Below, piece after piece: positions 1 to 9,999 of a DNA stretch of 64,000 nt (position 1 is its first letter; each line of letters opens with the position of its first letter). Both the position numbers and the translations under genes were made by a program. Below the pieces are notes generated by a model. That model saw only the letters and a program-made list of their open reading frames with translations. It was not told the DNA's origin and ran no database searches. Origin of the DNA: Sphingomonadaceae bacterium (lineage in GTDB: Bacteria > Pseudomonadota > Alphaproteobacteria > Sphingomonadales > Sphingomonadaceae). Location: NCBI GenBank assembly GCA_041740105.1, contig JBGSMP010000296.1:5748-69747 (forward strand). The letters run 5' to 3'.

Positions 1-553
1 TCGCGCCACGCGCCGCCGCAATCATCAAGTCGAATGCAGCGACGGCTGTTTCTGCAGTGTCGGTGTGGGGATATTCCTTATAAGCGACGATGATGTCGGT
101 CGCCTCGGTCATGCGCCGCGTCAGATGGCAGTGGGGATCGAGCGACACCCCGATCGGAACTGTTGGCCCGACGATCGTGCGGACTCGAGCAAGCAGATCG
201 CCTTCGCAGTCGTCGATCTGGTCGGTTGTCATTGCGCCGTGAAGCAAGAGGAACACAGCGGCGACGGGCAGCGCCGCCATAAGTCCATCGAGCAATTCAT
301 CACGAAGCGAGACATAAGCTGCATGCACGACGGGCCCCATGGGTTGCGCTGCCGCGCAGAGACCCTCGATCAAGTTCACGCCGTGTCGCTCGGCGGCTTC
401 GCGGACGGCTTCGATCGCAGGCAGGATGCCCATCGGATCGGCGACATCATCGGCCCGGCGCCGAATACCCTGTTCCTCGAACGCCGCATAACCCGTCGGA
501 CACACGGCGAAACTGTTAGTTTCGGCAAGAAGGCTGGCAAGGAACACGTTCAT
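1..553 (-). CDS. MlrC-like M81 family metallopeptidase (3' end outside window)
   Basis: Not in the ORF track because it has no stop in the window. Manual translation from ATG 553: MNVFLASLLAETNSF...AAAQPMGPV...LLLHGAM...DDCEGDLLARVR...SLDPHCHL...YKEYPHTD, the M81/MlrC N-terminal motifs. Confidence 0.85.
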   Translation of the reverse strand, partial: MNVFLASLLAETNSFAVCPTGYAAFEEQGIRRRADDVADPMGILPAIEAVREAAERHGVNLIEGLCAAAQPMGPVVHAAYVSLRDELLDGLMAALPVAAVFLLLHGAMTTDQIDDCEGDLLARVRTIVGPTVPIGVSLDPHCHLTRRMTEATDIIVAYKEYPHTDTAETAVAAFDLMIAAARGA

Positions 554-594
554 TCCCGACTGATTTGACTCGCTGTTGCGCAATGGTCAATCTT

Positions 595-611
595 GTTTCA
601 ATTTCAGCAAA
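595..611. promoter_or_regulatory. Candidate operator GTTTC-N7-GCAAA between divergent mlrC-like and MFS genes
   Basis: Same spaced dyad recurs at 1892, 12336 and 14516. Confidence 0.4.
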
Positions 612-622
612 TGGGGATTGGC

Positions 623-1912
623 ATGAACGATGCGGCGACCATAACCAGCCGTCGGGCGTGGGCTTTTGTCATTGTCCTCACGGCCGCCACTGTCATATCC
701 TTTGTTCATCGCTATCTTCCTTCGGTTCTCGTCGATGCAATTCGTCGCGATGTGACGATTACGGATCTGCAGTTCAGCGGCTTGCAAAGTGCGTTCGCCT
801 TTACGTACGCCGGTGCGACGCTCGTGAGCGGCTGGCTGTCCGATCGCGGCAATCGACGCAATATCATCGTTTGCGGCGTAGCGGCGTGGACGGTCGGCAC
901 TATCGTTTTCGGCTTGTCCAGTGACTTATCGGGGCTGCTGCTCGGCCGCGTGATGGTCGGCTTGGGCGAAGCGGTCCTGGTGCCGGCGGGCGTTTCGCTG
1001 CTTTGTGAATTCGTATCTGTCGAACGGCGAGGGCGAGCGATTGCGCTGACCTATTTCGGTGCGACGCTCGGTACATCGCTGTCGTTCAGCGGCGGCGGCT
1101 TGATGCTTGCCCATGCACAAGGTGGCGGTTTCGCGGGCGTGCCGATCATTGGTGACCTGTCCGATTGGCGGCGCGTTGTGATGTTGCTGGCTGCGACCGG
1201 ATTCGTGCTGATCCCGATCCTGCTGATGTTTCGAGAGCCGCCGCGGTCCTCGCCGCCGGGAACGGCAAGCGCGCGGCTCGGCGATCTGATGAAATTGCGC
1301 GGGAAGCTGTGGCTTGTGCTGTTCGCGGGCAGTTCGATTGCGGTTGCCGACTTTGCCTACACGACATGGCAAACCGCGTTGATGACGCGCAGCTACGGCT
1401 GGAATATTGCTGACGCGGGTCATGCATTGGGGCTGACTGCACTCATCAGCGGGACGGCGGCGGCATGGGTGGGAGGATGGTTAGCCGACAGGATGCATCT
1501 GCGGCACGGGCCCCGCGGGCGCGTTATCCTGCTTCAGATATGCGCTATCGGCCTCGCGCTTTCGTCGTTTCTCCTTCTCGTGCCCACGGGCGAAGGTGGG
1601 GTCGCGGCCTTTGCCGTATGGCAAGCGGTGGCAAACATCGCCTACGTCGCCGTTGCGGTGACGTTGCAGGATCTCGTCACCGACCGAACGCGGGCGCTTG
1701 CGGCATCAATGGCTGTATGCCTGAGCATTGGCCTTGGATTGGGCTTTGGCCCGCCGAGTATTGCCGCCCTGAACGCGTCGATCGGGCAAGGTGCCAATGC
1801 ACTGCCGGTCAGCTTGTTCGTTTTCGTCGGACTGCTTGGGATCCTGACCTTCGCCCTTGCGACGGCACTTGCTCGGCTCCTCCGCAGCAATTTATCCGAA
1901 TCCGAAAATTAG
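623..1912 (+). CDS. MFS transporter
   Basis: About 12 hydrophobic segments, GWLSDRGNRR and GWLADR loop motifs. ATG 623 preferred. Confidence 0.9.
   Translation: MNDAATITSRRAWAFVIVLTAATVISFVHRYLPSVLVDAIRRDVTITDLQFSGLQSAFAFTYAGATLVSGWLSDRGNRRNIIVCGVAAWTVGTIVFGLSSDLSGLLLGRVMVGLGEAVLVPAGVSLLCEFVSVERRGRAIALTYFGATLGTSLSFSGGGLMLAHAQGGGFAGVPIIGDLSDWRRVVMLLAATGFVLIPILLMFREPPRSSPPGTASARLGDLMKLRGKLWLVLFAGSSIAVADFAYTTWQTALMTRSYGWNIADAGHALGLTALISGTAAAWVGGWLADRMHLRHGPRGRVILLQICAIGLALSSFLLLVPTGEGGVAAFAVWQAVANIAYVAVAVTLQDLVTDRTRALAASMAVCLSIGLGLGFGPPSIAALNASIGQGANALPVSLFVFVGLLGILTFALATALARLLRSNLSESEN
1892..1908. promoter_or_regulatory. Candidate operator TTATC-N7-GAAAA upstream of TBDR
   Basis: Matches the dyad at 595, 12336 and 14516. 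It overlaps the MFS 3' end. Confidence 0.35.
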
Positions 1913-1969
1913 CTTGACGATTTTCTGAATTAAGTAATGGTGCGCATTCAACGCATAGGGAGGTGGGAC

Positions 1970-4090
1970 ATGCGCGGTTGGATTTTGGGCACAACGGCCG
2001 TCGGCTTGGCGCTGGCATTAACGACGCCAGCCGGGGCACAAGCCCCTGAGGATGATAGCGCCAACGAGATAATCGTTACGGCCTTGAAGCGAGCGCAGAC
2101 ACTTCAGGACGTCCCGGCTTCGGTCACGGCGCTTGGTGCAGACGACCTTGCGGCATCCGGCATCACGAGTTCGTTCGACCTGCAGCAACGCGTTCCGGGC
2201 CTCGCGATCTCGTTCGGCAATCGTGAAACCAACGTCGCGATCCGCGGCATTTCGAACAATGTGCGAAGCGTCGGGTCTGACCCCTCGAACGCTGTGCATC
2301 TTGACGGCATTTATTTGCCGCAGTCGAGCATGATTCTGACCGACCTGTTCGACATCAGTCGGGTCGAAGTGCTGAAGGGGCCACAAGGAACACTGTACGG
2401 GCGCAATGCGACGGGGGGCGCGATTAACGTCATTTCGCGCGCGCCGGAAGAGGGGGGAAGCGCGGAAGGTTTGATTGGAGCCGGGTCATTCGGCTTGCGC
2501 CGCGCGCAATTGGCGCTGAACCTCGGCAATGAAAGCGTCGCTGCTCGTATCTCGGGTAGTTACGTCAAGGACGATGGCTATACAGAAAACATATTACGAA
2601 ACACGCGGCTCGATGCGCAGGACTTTCGCGCTTTGCGGGCGCAGTTCGCCTTCAACCTTGCGCCGGAGCTGAAGCTTACGCTCCTCGCCCAAGTCTCACG
2701 CGACGACGGCACCGTCGGCTATGGCATTTCCACCGACCCCACTTTTCGAGAGTTTCCCGACAATTTCTATGGTCTTGTGGTACCTGCCGCGCTTCAGCGC
2801 ACTGGTCCGCGCACAATTCGCATCGACTCGCCCGTGTTCAGTCGCCGCGATTCGACCGTGGTTGGCGCGACGATCGACTGGACAATCGGCAACGTCGGGA
2901 TCAAATCGATTACGGGCGTGACACGCTACGATGCGGCCGATGCGCTCGATTACGACTTTACCGGTGACTTCAACGAGTTCTTCACGTCGACGACAGATGT
3001 AAATTCTTTCTCGCAGGAATTACAGATCAGTAATCGCGACAAAGGACCGTTCCAGTGGACGTTCGGCCTGTTCTATTACGACGATGAAGGCGCGCAAGCC
3101 ATCGACTGGGGTGTTCCGTTCCCGTTCGCGCGGGCAACTTCCGAGAGCAACGGCAAGGCTAAGGCTGTCTTCGGGCAGGCAACCTACAACTTCACTGATA
3201 AGCTCGCGGTGATGGTCGGCGCGCGCTACAATGACGAGGACAAATCGGGCCGGACGGTCAATCTGCTCGCAACGCCCAACACAACTGCTGACGTCGCAGC
3301 CGATTTTCAATCATTCACCCCGCAGGGCCAGATTCAGTTTCGTCCCACAGACGACCTGCTGATTTATGCCGGAGTCACCAAGGGATTCAAAAGTGGCGGC
3401 TTCAACCTGCTCGCAGCCGGTCCCCCGACACTGTATCAGCCCGAGGAAATCGTCGCGTACGAAGGCGGCGTGCGAGCTACGCTGCTCGACCGGCGCGCGA
3501 CGATCAATGCGTCGGTCTTTCACTATGACTATACCAATCTCCAGCTACGAACATTGGTGTTCTCGGGGACGGGCGGCGGCGCAGTGGCGACGGTCAGCAA
3601 TGCCGAAGGGGCGAAGATCACTGGCGTCGAGTTGCAGACCGACTTCCGTCTCCCGGCAGGCTTCTCGATTGATCTGGCTGGCACTTATCTCGACGCCAAG
3701 TTCGGGAATTATGTTTCGCCGTCAAACGATCTTGTGCTGACTGGCACACGCCTGCCTCTGGCGCCCGAATTCAGCGGAACGGCGGGTCTCGCCTTCAAGG
3801 GCGGCTTCCTCGGGGGCGAGCTGCGCGCGCGCGGCGAATATGTCTATCGCAGCGCCATCATCTTTCCCCTGACGCTTGACGCGCCGCAGAATTTTGATCG
3901 CGCATCGAGCACCGTCAATGCGACTCTGCGCTGGACCGAGCCAGGCAAGCGCTTCTACATCGAGGGGGTTGGCCGCAATCTAAGCGACACATTGACGCGG
4001 GTGCAGCGTGCCGATGTGTTCTTTTCAGGCGTCTATGACAGCTTCGCCCCGCCGCGCACCTTCGAGGCGCGCGTCGGTTTCAATTTCTGA
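1970..4090 (+). CDS. TonB-dependent receptor
   Basis: Signal peptide, TonB box EIIVTA, plug motif RVEVLKGPQGTLYGRNATGGAIN, C-terminal F. GGGAGG RBS before ATG 1970. Confidence 0.95.
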   Translation: MRGWILGTTAVGLALALTTPAGAQAPEDDSANEIIVTALKRAQTLQDVPASVTALGADDLAASGITSSFDLQQRVPGLAISFGNRETNVAIRGISNNVRSVGSDPSNAVHLDGIYLPQSSMILTDLFDISRVEVLKGPQGTLYGRNATGGAINVISRAPEEGGSAEGLIGAGSFGLRRAQLALNLGNESVAARISGSYVKDDGYTENILRNTRLDAQDFRALRAQFAFNLAPELKLTLLAQVSRDDGTVGYGISTDPTFREFPDNFYGLVVPAALQRTGPRTIRIDSPVFSRRDSTVVGATIDWTIGNVGIKSITGVTRYDAADALDYDFTGDFNEFFTSTTDVNSFSQELQISNRDKGPFQWTFGLFYYDDEGAQAIDWGVPFPFARATSESNGKAKAVFGQATYNFTDKLAVMVGARYNDEDKSGRTVNLLATPNTTADVAADFQSFTPQGQIQFRPTDDLLIYAGVTKGFKSGGFNLLAAGPPTLYQPEEIVAYEGGVRATLLDRRATINASVFHYDYTNLQLRTLVFSGTGGGAVATVSNAEGAKITGVELQTDFRLPAGFSIDLAGTYLDAKFGNYVSPSNDLVLTGTRLPLAPEFSGTAGLAFKGGFLGGELRARGEYVYRSAIIFPLTLDAPQNFDRASSTVNATLRWTEPGKRFYIEGVGRNLSDTLTRVQRADVFFSGVYDSFAPPRTFEARVGFNF

Positions 4091-4109
4091 CGGGGGGGGT
4101 GGCCAGCGG

Positions 4110-5099
4110 ATGTTCGATCTTTCGCTGGTCACCGACAGCTGGCCGTTACGCGTGCCCTTTCGCACGGCGACGAGCTGTGATTTAGATATCGAGACGTTGA
4201 CGGTCACCCTGGCGCGGGACGCCGTGTACGGACAGGGCGAGGCGAGCGGCGTGCATTACCACGGCGAGACTGCCGCGAGCATGGCGGCGCAGATCGAAGC
4301 TGTTCGCGACTCAATCGCGACCGATCTGTCTTTCGAAGCAATTTCCGCGCTGCTGCCGCCCGGTGGCGCCCGCAATGCGCTGGACTGCGCGTTATGGGAT
4401 TGGACGGCGCGGCGGGAAGGTAAGCCGGTCTGGGCATGCGCGGGGCTTCCACCACCTCAGCCGACTCGTACGACAGTCACGGTCGGCGCCGATTCGCCGG
4501 AAACCATGGCCGACCGGGCAAGCAAATGGTCAGCGTTCGGCGCGATCAAGATCAAGCTGCTGGGCGACCATGCAGATGTCGAGCGCGTGCGCGCGGTGCG
4601 TGCGGCGCGACCCGATGCTTGGCTCGCCGTCGATGGTAACCAAGGATTCGACGAGCGAACGCTGGATGACATCATGTCGACACTGGTGGACGCGCAGGTG
4701 GCACTCATCGAGCAACCACTTCCGATCGGTGACGATCATCTACTGAATGGCTTCGACGTGCCAATTCCTTTTGCCGCTGACGAAAGTGTCCAGACCACCG
4801 AGGATCTTGCGACGCTTGCCGCGGCTTATACGGTCGTAAATATCAAGCTCGACAAGACCGGTGGCCTGACCGGAGCGCTCGCTTTGGCAGCACACGCCCG
4901 TGCGGAAGGCCGCGAGGTTATGGTCGGTAACATGGTGGGCACCTCGCTGGCGATGGCCCCAGCATGGCTGGTCGGACAGGGTGCAACTGTCGTCGATCTC
5001 GACGGGCCACTGCTCTTGGCGCGGGATCGGCACGCTGCCGTGCGTTACCGGGACGGACGTATCGATTGTCCGCCAGAAGTGTGGGGCGGCGGCCGGTGA
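4110..5099 (+). CDS. Dipeptide epimerase / N-acetyl-D-Glu racemase (DgcA-like), enolase superfamily
   Basis: GGARNALDCALWD, KIKL, DGNQG, EQP, ADES, NIKLDKTGGLT, DLDGPLLL. Confidence 0.88.
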   Translation: MFDLSLVTDSWPLRVPFRTATSCDLDIETLTVTLARDAVYGQGEASGVHYHGETAASMAAQIEAVRDSIATDLSFEAISALLPPGGARNALDCALWDWTARREGKPVWACAGLPPPQPTRTTVTVGADSPETMADRASKWSAFGAIKIKLLGDHADVERVRAVRAARPDAWLAVDGNQGFDERTLDDIMSTLVDAQVALIEQPLPIGDDHLLNGFDVPIPFAADESVQTTEDLATLAAAYTVVNIKLDKTGGLTGALALAAHARAEGREVMVGNMVGTSLAMAPAWLVGQGATVVDLDGPLLLARDRHAAVRYRDGRIDCPPEVWGGGR

Positions 5100-6787
5100 C
5101 CACGTCGTACGACTGCGACCTGTTGATTGCAGGGTCAGGCGCCTCGGGACTTGCAGCGGCGGTGACCGCTGCGCGGGCGGGGCTGAGGGTTTTAATCGTC
5201 GACAAGGCTGCCAAGTTCGGCGGCACCACGGTTTCGTCAGCCGGCGTCATCTGGATCCCAAACAGCCGTGCAGCGCGCACTGCGGGCATCGACGACGACG
5301 CTACGAGTGCCCTAACCTATCTCCGCGCGCAGGGCGGCAATCGCCTCGATTCTGACAAGGCTCAAGTCTATGTCGACACCGCGCCCGACGTGCTCGACTG
5401 GTTTGAGACCAATAGCTATTTGCGCTGCGCGCTTGCGGCTGCCTGGCCCGATTATCATCCGACCGACCCCGGCGGCTCGAATGGCGGTCGATCGCTTGGC
5501 CCGCTACCTTTCGACGGTCGGACGCTGGGAAAGCGATTTGCCGACTTGCGCCCGCCGATCGCAACAACGACGATCATGGGTGGCATGATCGTCGGGCGCG
5601 AAGACCTGGCACACTTTTACGGGATGCAACGGTCCTGGTCGTCAGCGGCGATCGTGGCCAGTCGTTTTGCGCGTTACGTCCGCGACCGAGTGACCCATGC
5701 GCGCGGAACGAGGCTTTCGAACGGAAGTGCGTTGGTCGCGATGCTTGCGCGCACAGCGTTCGAACTTGGCGTCGACTTGCGCCTGTCGACCGCGATTTCC
5801 GACCTGATCGTCGAGGACGGCCGCGTCGCCGGTGCAAATATAGAAGGTGTGGACGGTAAGCGTGCTTTGAAGATACGATGCGGTGTCATTCTGGCCACCG
5901 GGGGGTTTCCCGCTAGCAACGCTCTACGTGCGCGGATTGGCGATGCGATCGGCACCGGCAGTACCCACCGCAGTCTCGCACCCGCCGAAAATGTAGGGGA
6001 CGGCTACATACTCGCGAACTCAATCGGCGGCGCAATGGTCGATGCATTGGCCCATTCGGCTGCCTGGACGCCGGTGTCGCTGGTGCCTCAACGCGATGGT
6101 TCGACGCTGCCATTCCCGCACTTCTTTGATCGGGGTAAGGCCGGATACATCGCCGTGACCCGGTCGGGAAAACGGTTTATCAGTGAAGCGCGCTCGTATC
6201 ACGACTTCGTCCCCGCGCTGGTCGAGGCGTGCCGCGACGAATCCGAGACAGCCTGCTATCTGATCGCCGACAGCGATGCTGTCCGCCGGTACGGCATGGG
6301 TGCCGCCCCACCTTGGCCAGGACGCCTCGCGCCGCATGTGCGGTCGGGGTATCTCACCGAGGCTCGGACGATTGCCGATTTGGCAGCTCATTGCGATATC
6401 GATCCTTGGGGACTGGCCCAAACTATCGCTAGATGCAACGAACGCGCCGACGAGGGAATCGATGCGGAGTTTGGAAAGGGGACCGACGTCTATGAACGAT
6501 TCAACGGCAGCGCAGGTGTTGGGCCGAATCCCTGTGTGCAGCCCATCGTAAAGCCGCCATTTTATGCGGTTCGCCTTGTGCCGGGTGATATTGGTACCTT
6601 CGCCGGTTTGAAAACCGACCGTGATGCGCGGGTGATTGACGCCAAAGGCAGTGCAATCGAGGGGCTCTACGCGGTTGGAAACGACGCCGCGAGTTTCATG
6701 GGCGGATCATATCCGGGTGCCGGGATAACGCTGGGACCTGCGCTCGTCTTTGGCCACCGAGCGGCGCGTCACGCTGCAGGCAGCTAA
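5096..6787 (+). CDS. FAD-dependent oxidoreductase (FAD_binding_2, KstD-like)
   Basis: GSGASG, GGTTVSSAGVIW, LATGGF, GLYAVGN, YPGAGITLGP. GTGA overlap with the upstream gene. Confidence 0.88.
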   Translation: MTTSYDCDLLIAGSGASGLAAAVTAARAGLRVLIVDKAAKFGGTTVSSAGVIWIPNSRAARTAGIDDDATSALTYLRAQGGNRLDSDKAQVYVDTAPDVLDWFETNSYLRCALAAAWPDYHPTDPGGSNGGRSLGPLPFDGRTLGKRFADLRPPIATTTIMGGMIVGREDLAHFYGMQRSWSSAAIVASRFARYVRDRVTHARGTRLSNGSALVAMLARTAFELGVDLRLSTAISDLIVEDGRVAGANIEGVDGKRALKIRCGVILATGGFPASNALRARIGDAIGTGSTHRSLAPAENVGDGYILANSIGGAMVDALAHSAAWTPVSLVPQRDGSTLPFPHFFDRGKAGYIAVTRSGKRFISEARSYHDFVPALVEACRDESETACYLIADSDAVRRYGMGAAPPWPGRLAPHVRSGYLTEARTIADLAAHCDIDPWGLAQTIARCNERADEGIDAEFGKGTDVYERFNGSAGVGPNPCVQPIVKPPFYAVRLVPGDIGTFAGLKTDRDARVIDAKGSAIEGLYAVGNDAASFMGGSYPGAGITLGPALVFGHRAARHAAGS

Positions 6788-7968
6788 CTTTCGAAGAATC
6801 TGTCGACAATCGCGACCCACGCGGCGGCACCGATGCCGATCAGACGATCGTCAAAATCATAGCTCGTATTGTGCAAGGCGCAGGGGCCGAGCGCATGCCC
6901 GGGCAAGCGCGCATCACCGTCGCCATTGCCGATCCAGAAATAGGCACCCGGTCGCGCTTCGAGCATGAACGCGAAATCTTCGGCTGTCATGGCCGCGGTT
7001 GCGTGTTCGACAGCGGAATCGCCGAAGCGGGTGCTGAGCGCTTCGGCGACGAGAGTAGCTTCGGTCGGGCTATTGATCGTCGCTGCACAGTTGCGCTCGA
7101 AGTCGAGCGTTGCGGCGCACCCGTGTGCAATCGCGACGCTCTCAGCGACTGCGCGCATCTGCGCTTCGATCGCATCGGTCTTTGCGGCGCTGAACGTACG
7201 GACCGTACCGCGCAGCGTGGCGATGTCGGGGATGACATGCGGACTGGTTCCGGCTTCGAACATGCAAATACTCAGGACCGCCGCTTCACCCGCAGGCTTT
7301 GTGCTTGCGATGACGGCCTGCAAATCCTGCACGATCGCCGCGCCCGCGACCACCGGATCGACGGCGAGGTGCGGCAATGCTGCATGCCCCCCTTTGCCCT
7401 CGATAGTCAGCGTAAAGGTGTTGCACGCCGCCATCACTGGCCCAGGGGCAACCGCAAATTGCCCGATGCCAAGACCCGGCCAATTGTGGGCCGCGAATAC
7501 CGCGTCGACCGACCAGCGGTCGAAGAGGCCATCAGCGATCATCGCGCGCGCTCCGCGACCGCTCTCCTCGCCGGGTTGAAAGATAAAAATCACTGTGCCG
7601 TCAAACATCGCGTTTCCAACAAGCGCTTGCGCGGCTGCAACGAGCATCGCGACATGTCCGTCGTGCCCGCATGCATGCATCCGACCCGCAACGGTGCTCG
7701 CATGCGCAAAACGGTTGGCTTCGGTAAGCGGCAAAGCATCCATGTCAGCGCGCAGGCCGATCATGCGGTTCGAGCTGCCGTGTTTCAAAACACCCACGAC
7801 GCCAGTCCTGCCGATGCCGCGATGCACTTCGAGCCCCAACGACGTCAGTCGCGCAGCGATGAGATCTGCGGTCCGATGTTCATCGAAGGCAAGCTCTGGA
7901 TGCGCATGTATGTCGCGACGCAGCGCGATGTGCGCGTCAAAGTCGACGGTGGAAAGTCCGATGGTCAT
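6784..7968 (-). CDS. M20 amidohydrolase (hippurate hydrolase-like)
   Basis: HAHPEL, LRADMDALP, MHACGHDGH, FQPGEE, GKGGHAA, AEDF, LHN. Confidence 0.93.
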   Translation of the reverse strand: MTIGLSTVDFDAHIALRRDIHAHPELAFDEHRTADLIAARLTSLGLEVHRGIGRTGVVGVLKHGSSNRMIGLRADMDALPLTEANRFAHASTVAGRMHACGHDGHVAMLVAAAQALVGNAMFDGTVIFIFQPGEESGRGARAMIADGLFDRWSVDAVFAAHNWPGLGIGQFAVAPGPVMAACNTFTLTIEGKGGHAALPHLAVDPVVAGAAIVQDLQAVIASTKPAGEAAVLSICMFEAGTSPHVIPDIATLRGTVRTFSAAKTDAIEAQMRAVAESVAIAHGCAATLDFERNCAATINSPTEATLVAEALSTRFGDSAVEHATAAMTAEDFAFMLEARPGAYFWIGNGDGDARLPGHALGPCALHNTSYDFDDRLIGIGAAAWVAIVDRFFES

Positions 7969-9995
7969 GGCCTGGTCGGCATAACAAAAGGCGTTGGATC
8001 GGCGAAGCGGCGAAGTGCATTGGTCATGAGCCGCCCTGCGCCATCGCGCTCGTCGAGTCGCCCGGCGAAGAGAACCGAACCCGTGGACAGCACAGCACCA
8101 CCTTCTGGACCTTCGAAAAAAACCATGTCGGCCCGTAACGGGTCGGTTGCCGCGAGCAGCGTGTGCGTTAGGCGCTCCTCGTTCACAGGATGAAGGCCGT
8201 CGTCAAAAGGCGTCGTTCGCGCGATCACAAGCGCATGTGGCGGGGTCCCGAGCGCCGCATCGGCGCGGTCGAGCTCATAGCCGCCCGCCGCCCCGGTCGT
8301 CCCTTCGCGCCCGATCTCACCTTGAGCAACGCCATCGAACAGGAACGCAACCCGAGGGCTGTTGGCTCCATCGGTGCGCGCAAACGGCTTTGTCGGTGCC
8401 ATATCGCCCTGCGCGCTGTAACCGACGCCGACCAAAGTGTTCGGGGTACGCCCGAGCTGTCGCCATGTTCCACCGCGCAAACCGTCGGCCTGGTGGTGAT
8501 ATTCACCGTGCGGCTCGGTCCAGATGCGAATGCCGTTCTCCGCCCGCCGAACCTCCATGACATGCGGCGCTTCGGGCAATGTCGCCACGCGCCAGTAAAA
8601 GCCGTTGCCGCCAATGTAGATAATGCGCCCGCCGCGCGCCGCGAAGGCATGGAGCGCATCAAGGCTTTCACGGCTGTGATATTCGGGGTGGGCACCCGTG
8701 ACGATCACGCGCGCGTCGGCTAGGGCTTCGACGCCGTTTTCGTGCAGGTCGTGGTCGGTGATCACACCATAGTCTTCGCTCGATCGGTCGAGCCATTCGA
8801 CGATGCGCAGATCGTCGTTGATTAGCACCTGCCCGCCGATTGCTTCTCCGAGAAAGCCGGGCGTGGCATTGAGCAACGGCCGCTTGAGCGAAACCTGACC
8901 GATGCCCGACCCGTCGCGATGTCGGGCGTAAAGTGACAAGCCGCAGTGGCGCATCAACGCAGCGTCGTCGGGATGTGCTGCCTCGATTTCCGCAGCCGAG
9001 GGCGATGCCCAAAGGCTGTTTCCATAAGCCAGGTATGAGAAAGTCGAGGCGAGAAAAAGAACTGCCGGACAATTAGCCGGGCGCACGAAGAGCGGAACGT
9101 GATGAATGCCACTGTCACCAGCCAGCCGTATGGCGTAAACGCCGCTCACGAGATCGGCGGGGAGTTGCACAGTCGCGGCAATCGGCCAGTCGCAATCCTC
9201 GAGATCGTCATCGTGCACATGGATGGCTGCGTAATGCTCAGGCTTTGCGGTCCAGTCATGGGCGGTTCCGTCCCACGCCGAACTGGTGACGCCACGACGC
9301 GGCGCTCCGATCAACCATAACGGCATGGCTCGACGGCCGTACCCCGGCACGGTCTGCCCCTTCATGTTTTCGGCAAAGTCCCAACGCGCGACGATCTCTC
9401 CGGCCACGCTCAGCGTCGGCGCCTCGATCTTCCCATTAAACCCATGTCCAATGCTGAGGCGACCGGCAATGCCCCGCCGAGTGGCGTCGAAACGTGTTTC
9501 GGATGACTGCCGTGTCCACGCATTGTTTCCGATCGGACCGAGGCAAACGACGATCGCATGCTCGTCCCGCACGACCTTGAGGTGCCACCATGCATTCGGT
9601 GCGAGCGGGAGGCGCGCCTCGCCGTTGCAAACGCTAACCGATAACTGTCCTTCAAGCAGGCAGATGCGCACGTCGTCGCCCCATTCGAGCAGCATTCCGC
9701 TATCGGTCAGCGTTGGCAAAAACGTGATCGACCAGCGCCAATCTTCGTGTTCACCAACGGTTGGCCCAACGTCAGCCTCGGCCCACGACCCGCGCGTGAT
9801 AGCGTGTTCGGTCAACTCAAGCCGCTCGCCGACGCCGATGACTTCGTGACGATAGTTCGTCGGCACCCCTTGGCCTTCGAGGCCGCTGAGACGGACGAGA
9901 TCGAGCTTGGCCGCCCCTATTCCGCTCGCACGGACGTCGACTGTTTCACCCGCCGCGAAGCTCCATCGATCAATATAGGCGAGTGGCCCGCCCAT
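7965..9995 (-). CDS. N,N-dimethylformamidase large (beta) subunit family protein
   Basis: HVHDDDLEDCDW, SYLAYGN, GLSLYARHRDG, GAHPEYHS, GGNGFYWR, GGYELD. Confidence 0.85.
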   Translation of the reverse strand: MGGPLAYIDRWSFAAGETVDVRASGIGAAKLDLVRLSGLEGQGVPTNYRHEVIGVGERLELTEHAITRGSWAEADVGPTVGEHEDWRWSITFLPTLTDSGMLLEWGDDVRICLLEGQLSVSVCNGEARLPLAPNAWWHLKVVRDEHAIVVCLGPIGNNAWTRQSSETRFDATRRGIAGRLSIGHGFNGKIEAPTLSVAGEIVARWDFAENMKGQTVPGYGRRAMPLWLIGAPRRGVTSSAWDGTAHDWTAKPEHYAAIHVHDDDLEDCDWPIAATVQLPADLVSGVYAIRLAGDSGIHHVPLFVRPANCPAVLFLASTFSYLAYGNSLWASPSAAEIEAAHPDDAALMRHCGLSLYARHRDGSGIGQVSLKRPLLNATPGFLGEAIGGQVLINDDLRIVEWLDRSSEDYGVITDHDLHENGVEALADARVIVTGAHPEYHSRESLDALHAFAARGGRIIYIGGNGFYWRVATLPEAPHVMEVRRAENGIRIWTEPHGEYHHQADGLRGGTWRQLGRTPNTLVGVGYSAQGDMAPTKPFARTDGANSPRVAFLFDGVAQGEIGREGTTGAAGGYELDRADAALGTPPHALVIARTTPFDDGLHPVNEERLTHTLLAATDPLRADMVFFEGPEGGAVLSTGSVLFAGRLDERDGAGRLMTNALRRFADPTPFVMPTRP

Positions 9996-9999
9996 GACG

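Noticed and set aside
1-553. Microcystin degradation (mlr) cluster
   Set aside because: Only an MlrC-family gene is visible, with no mlrA, mlrB or mlrD in the window, and M81 proteins are widespread.
65-568. 167-aa plus-strand ORF
   Set aside because: Antisense shadow of the MlrC-like gene on the minus strand.
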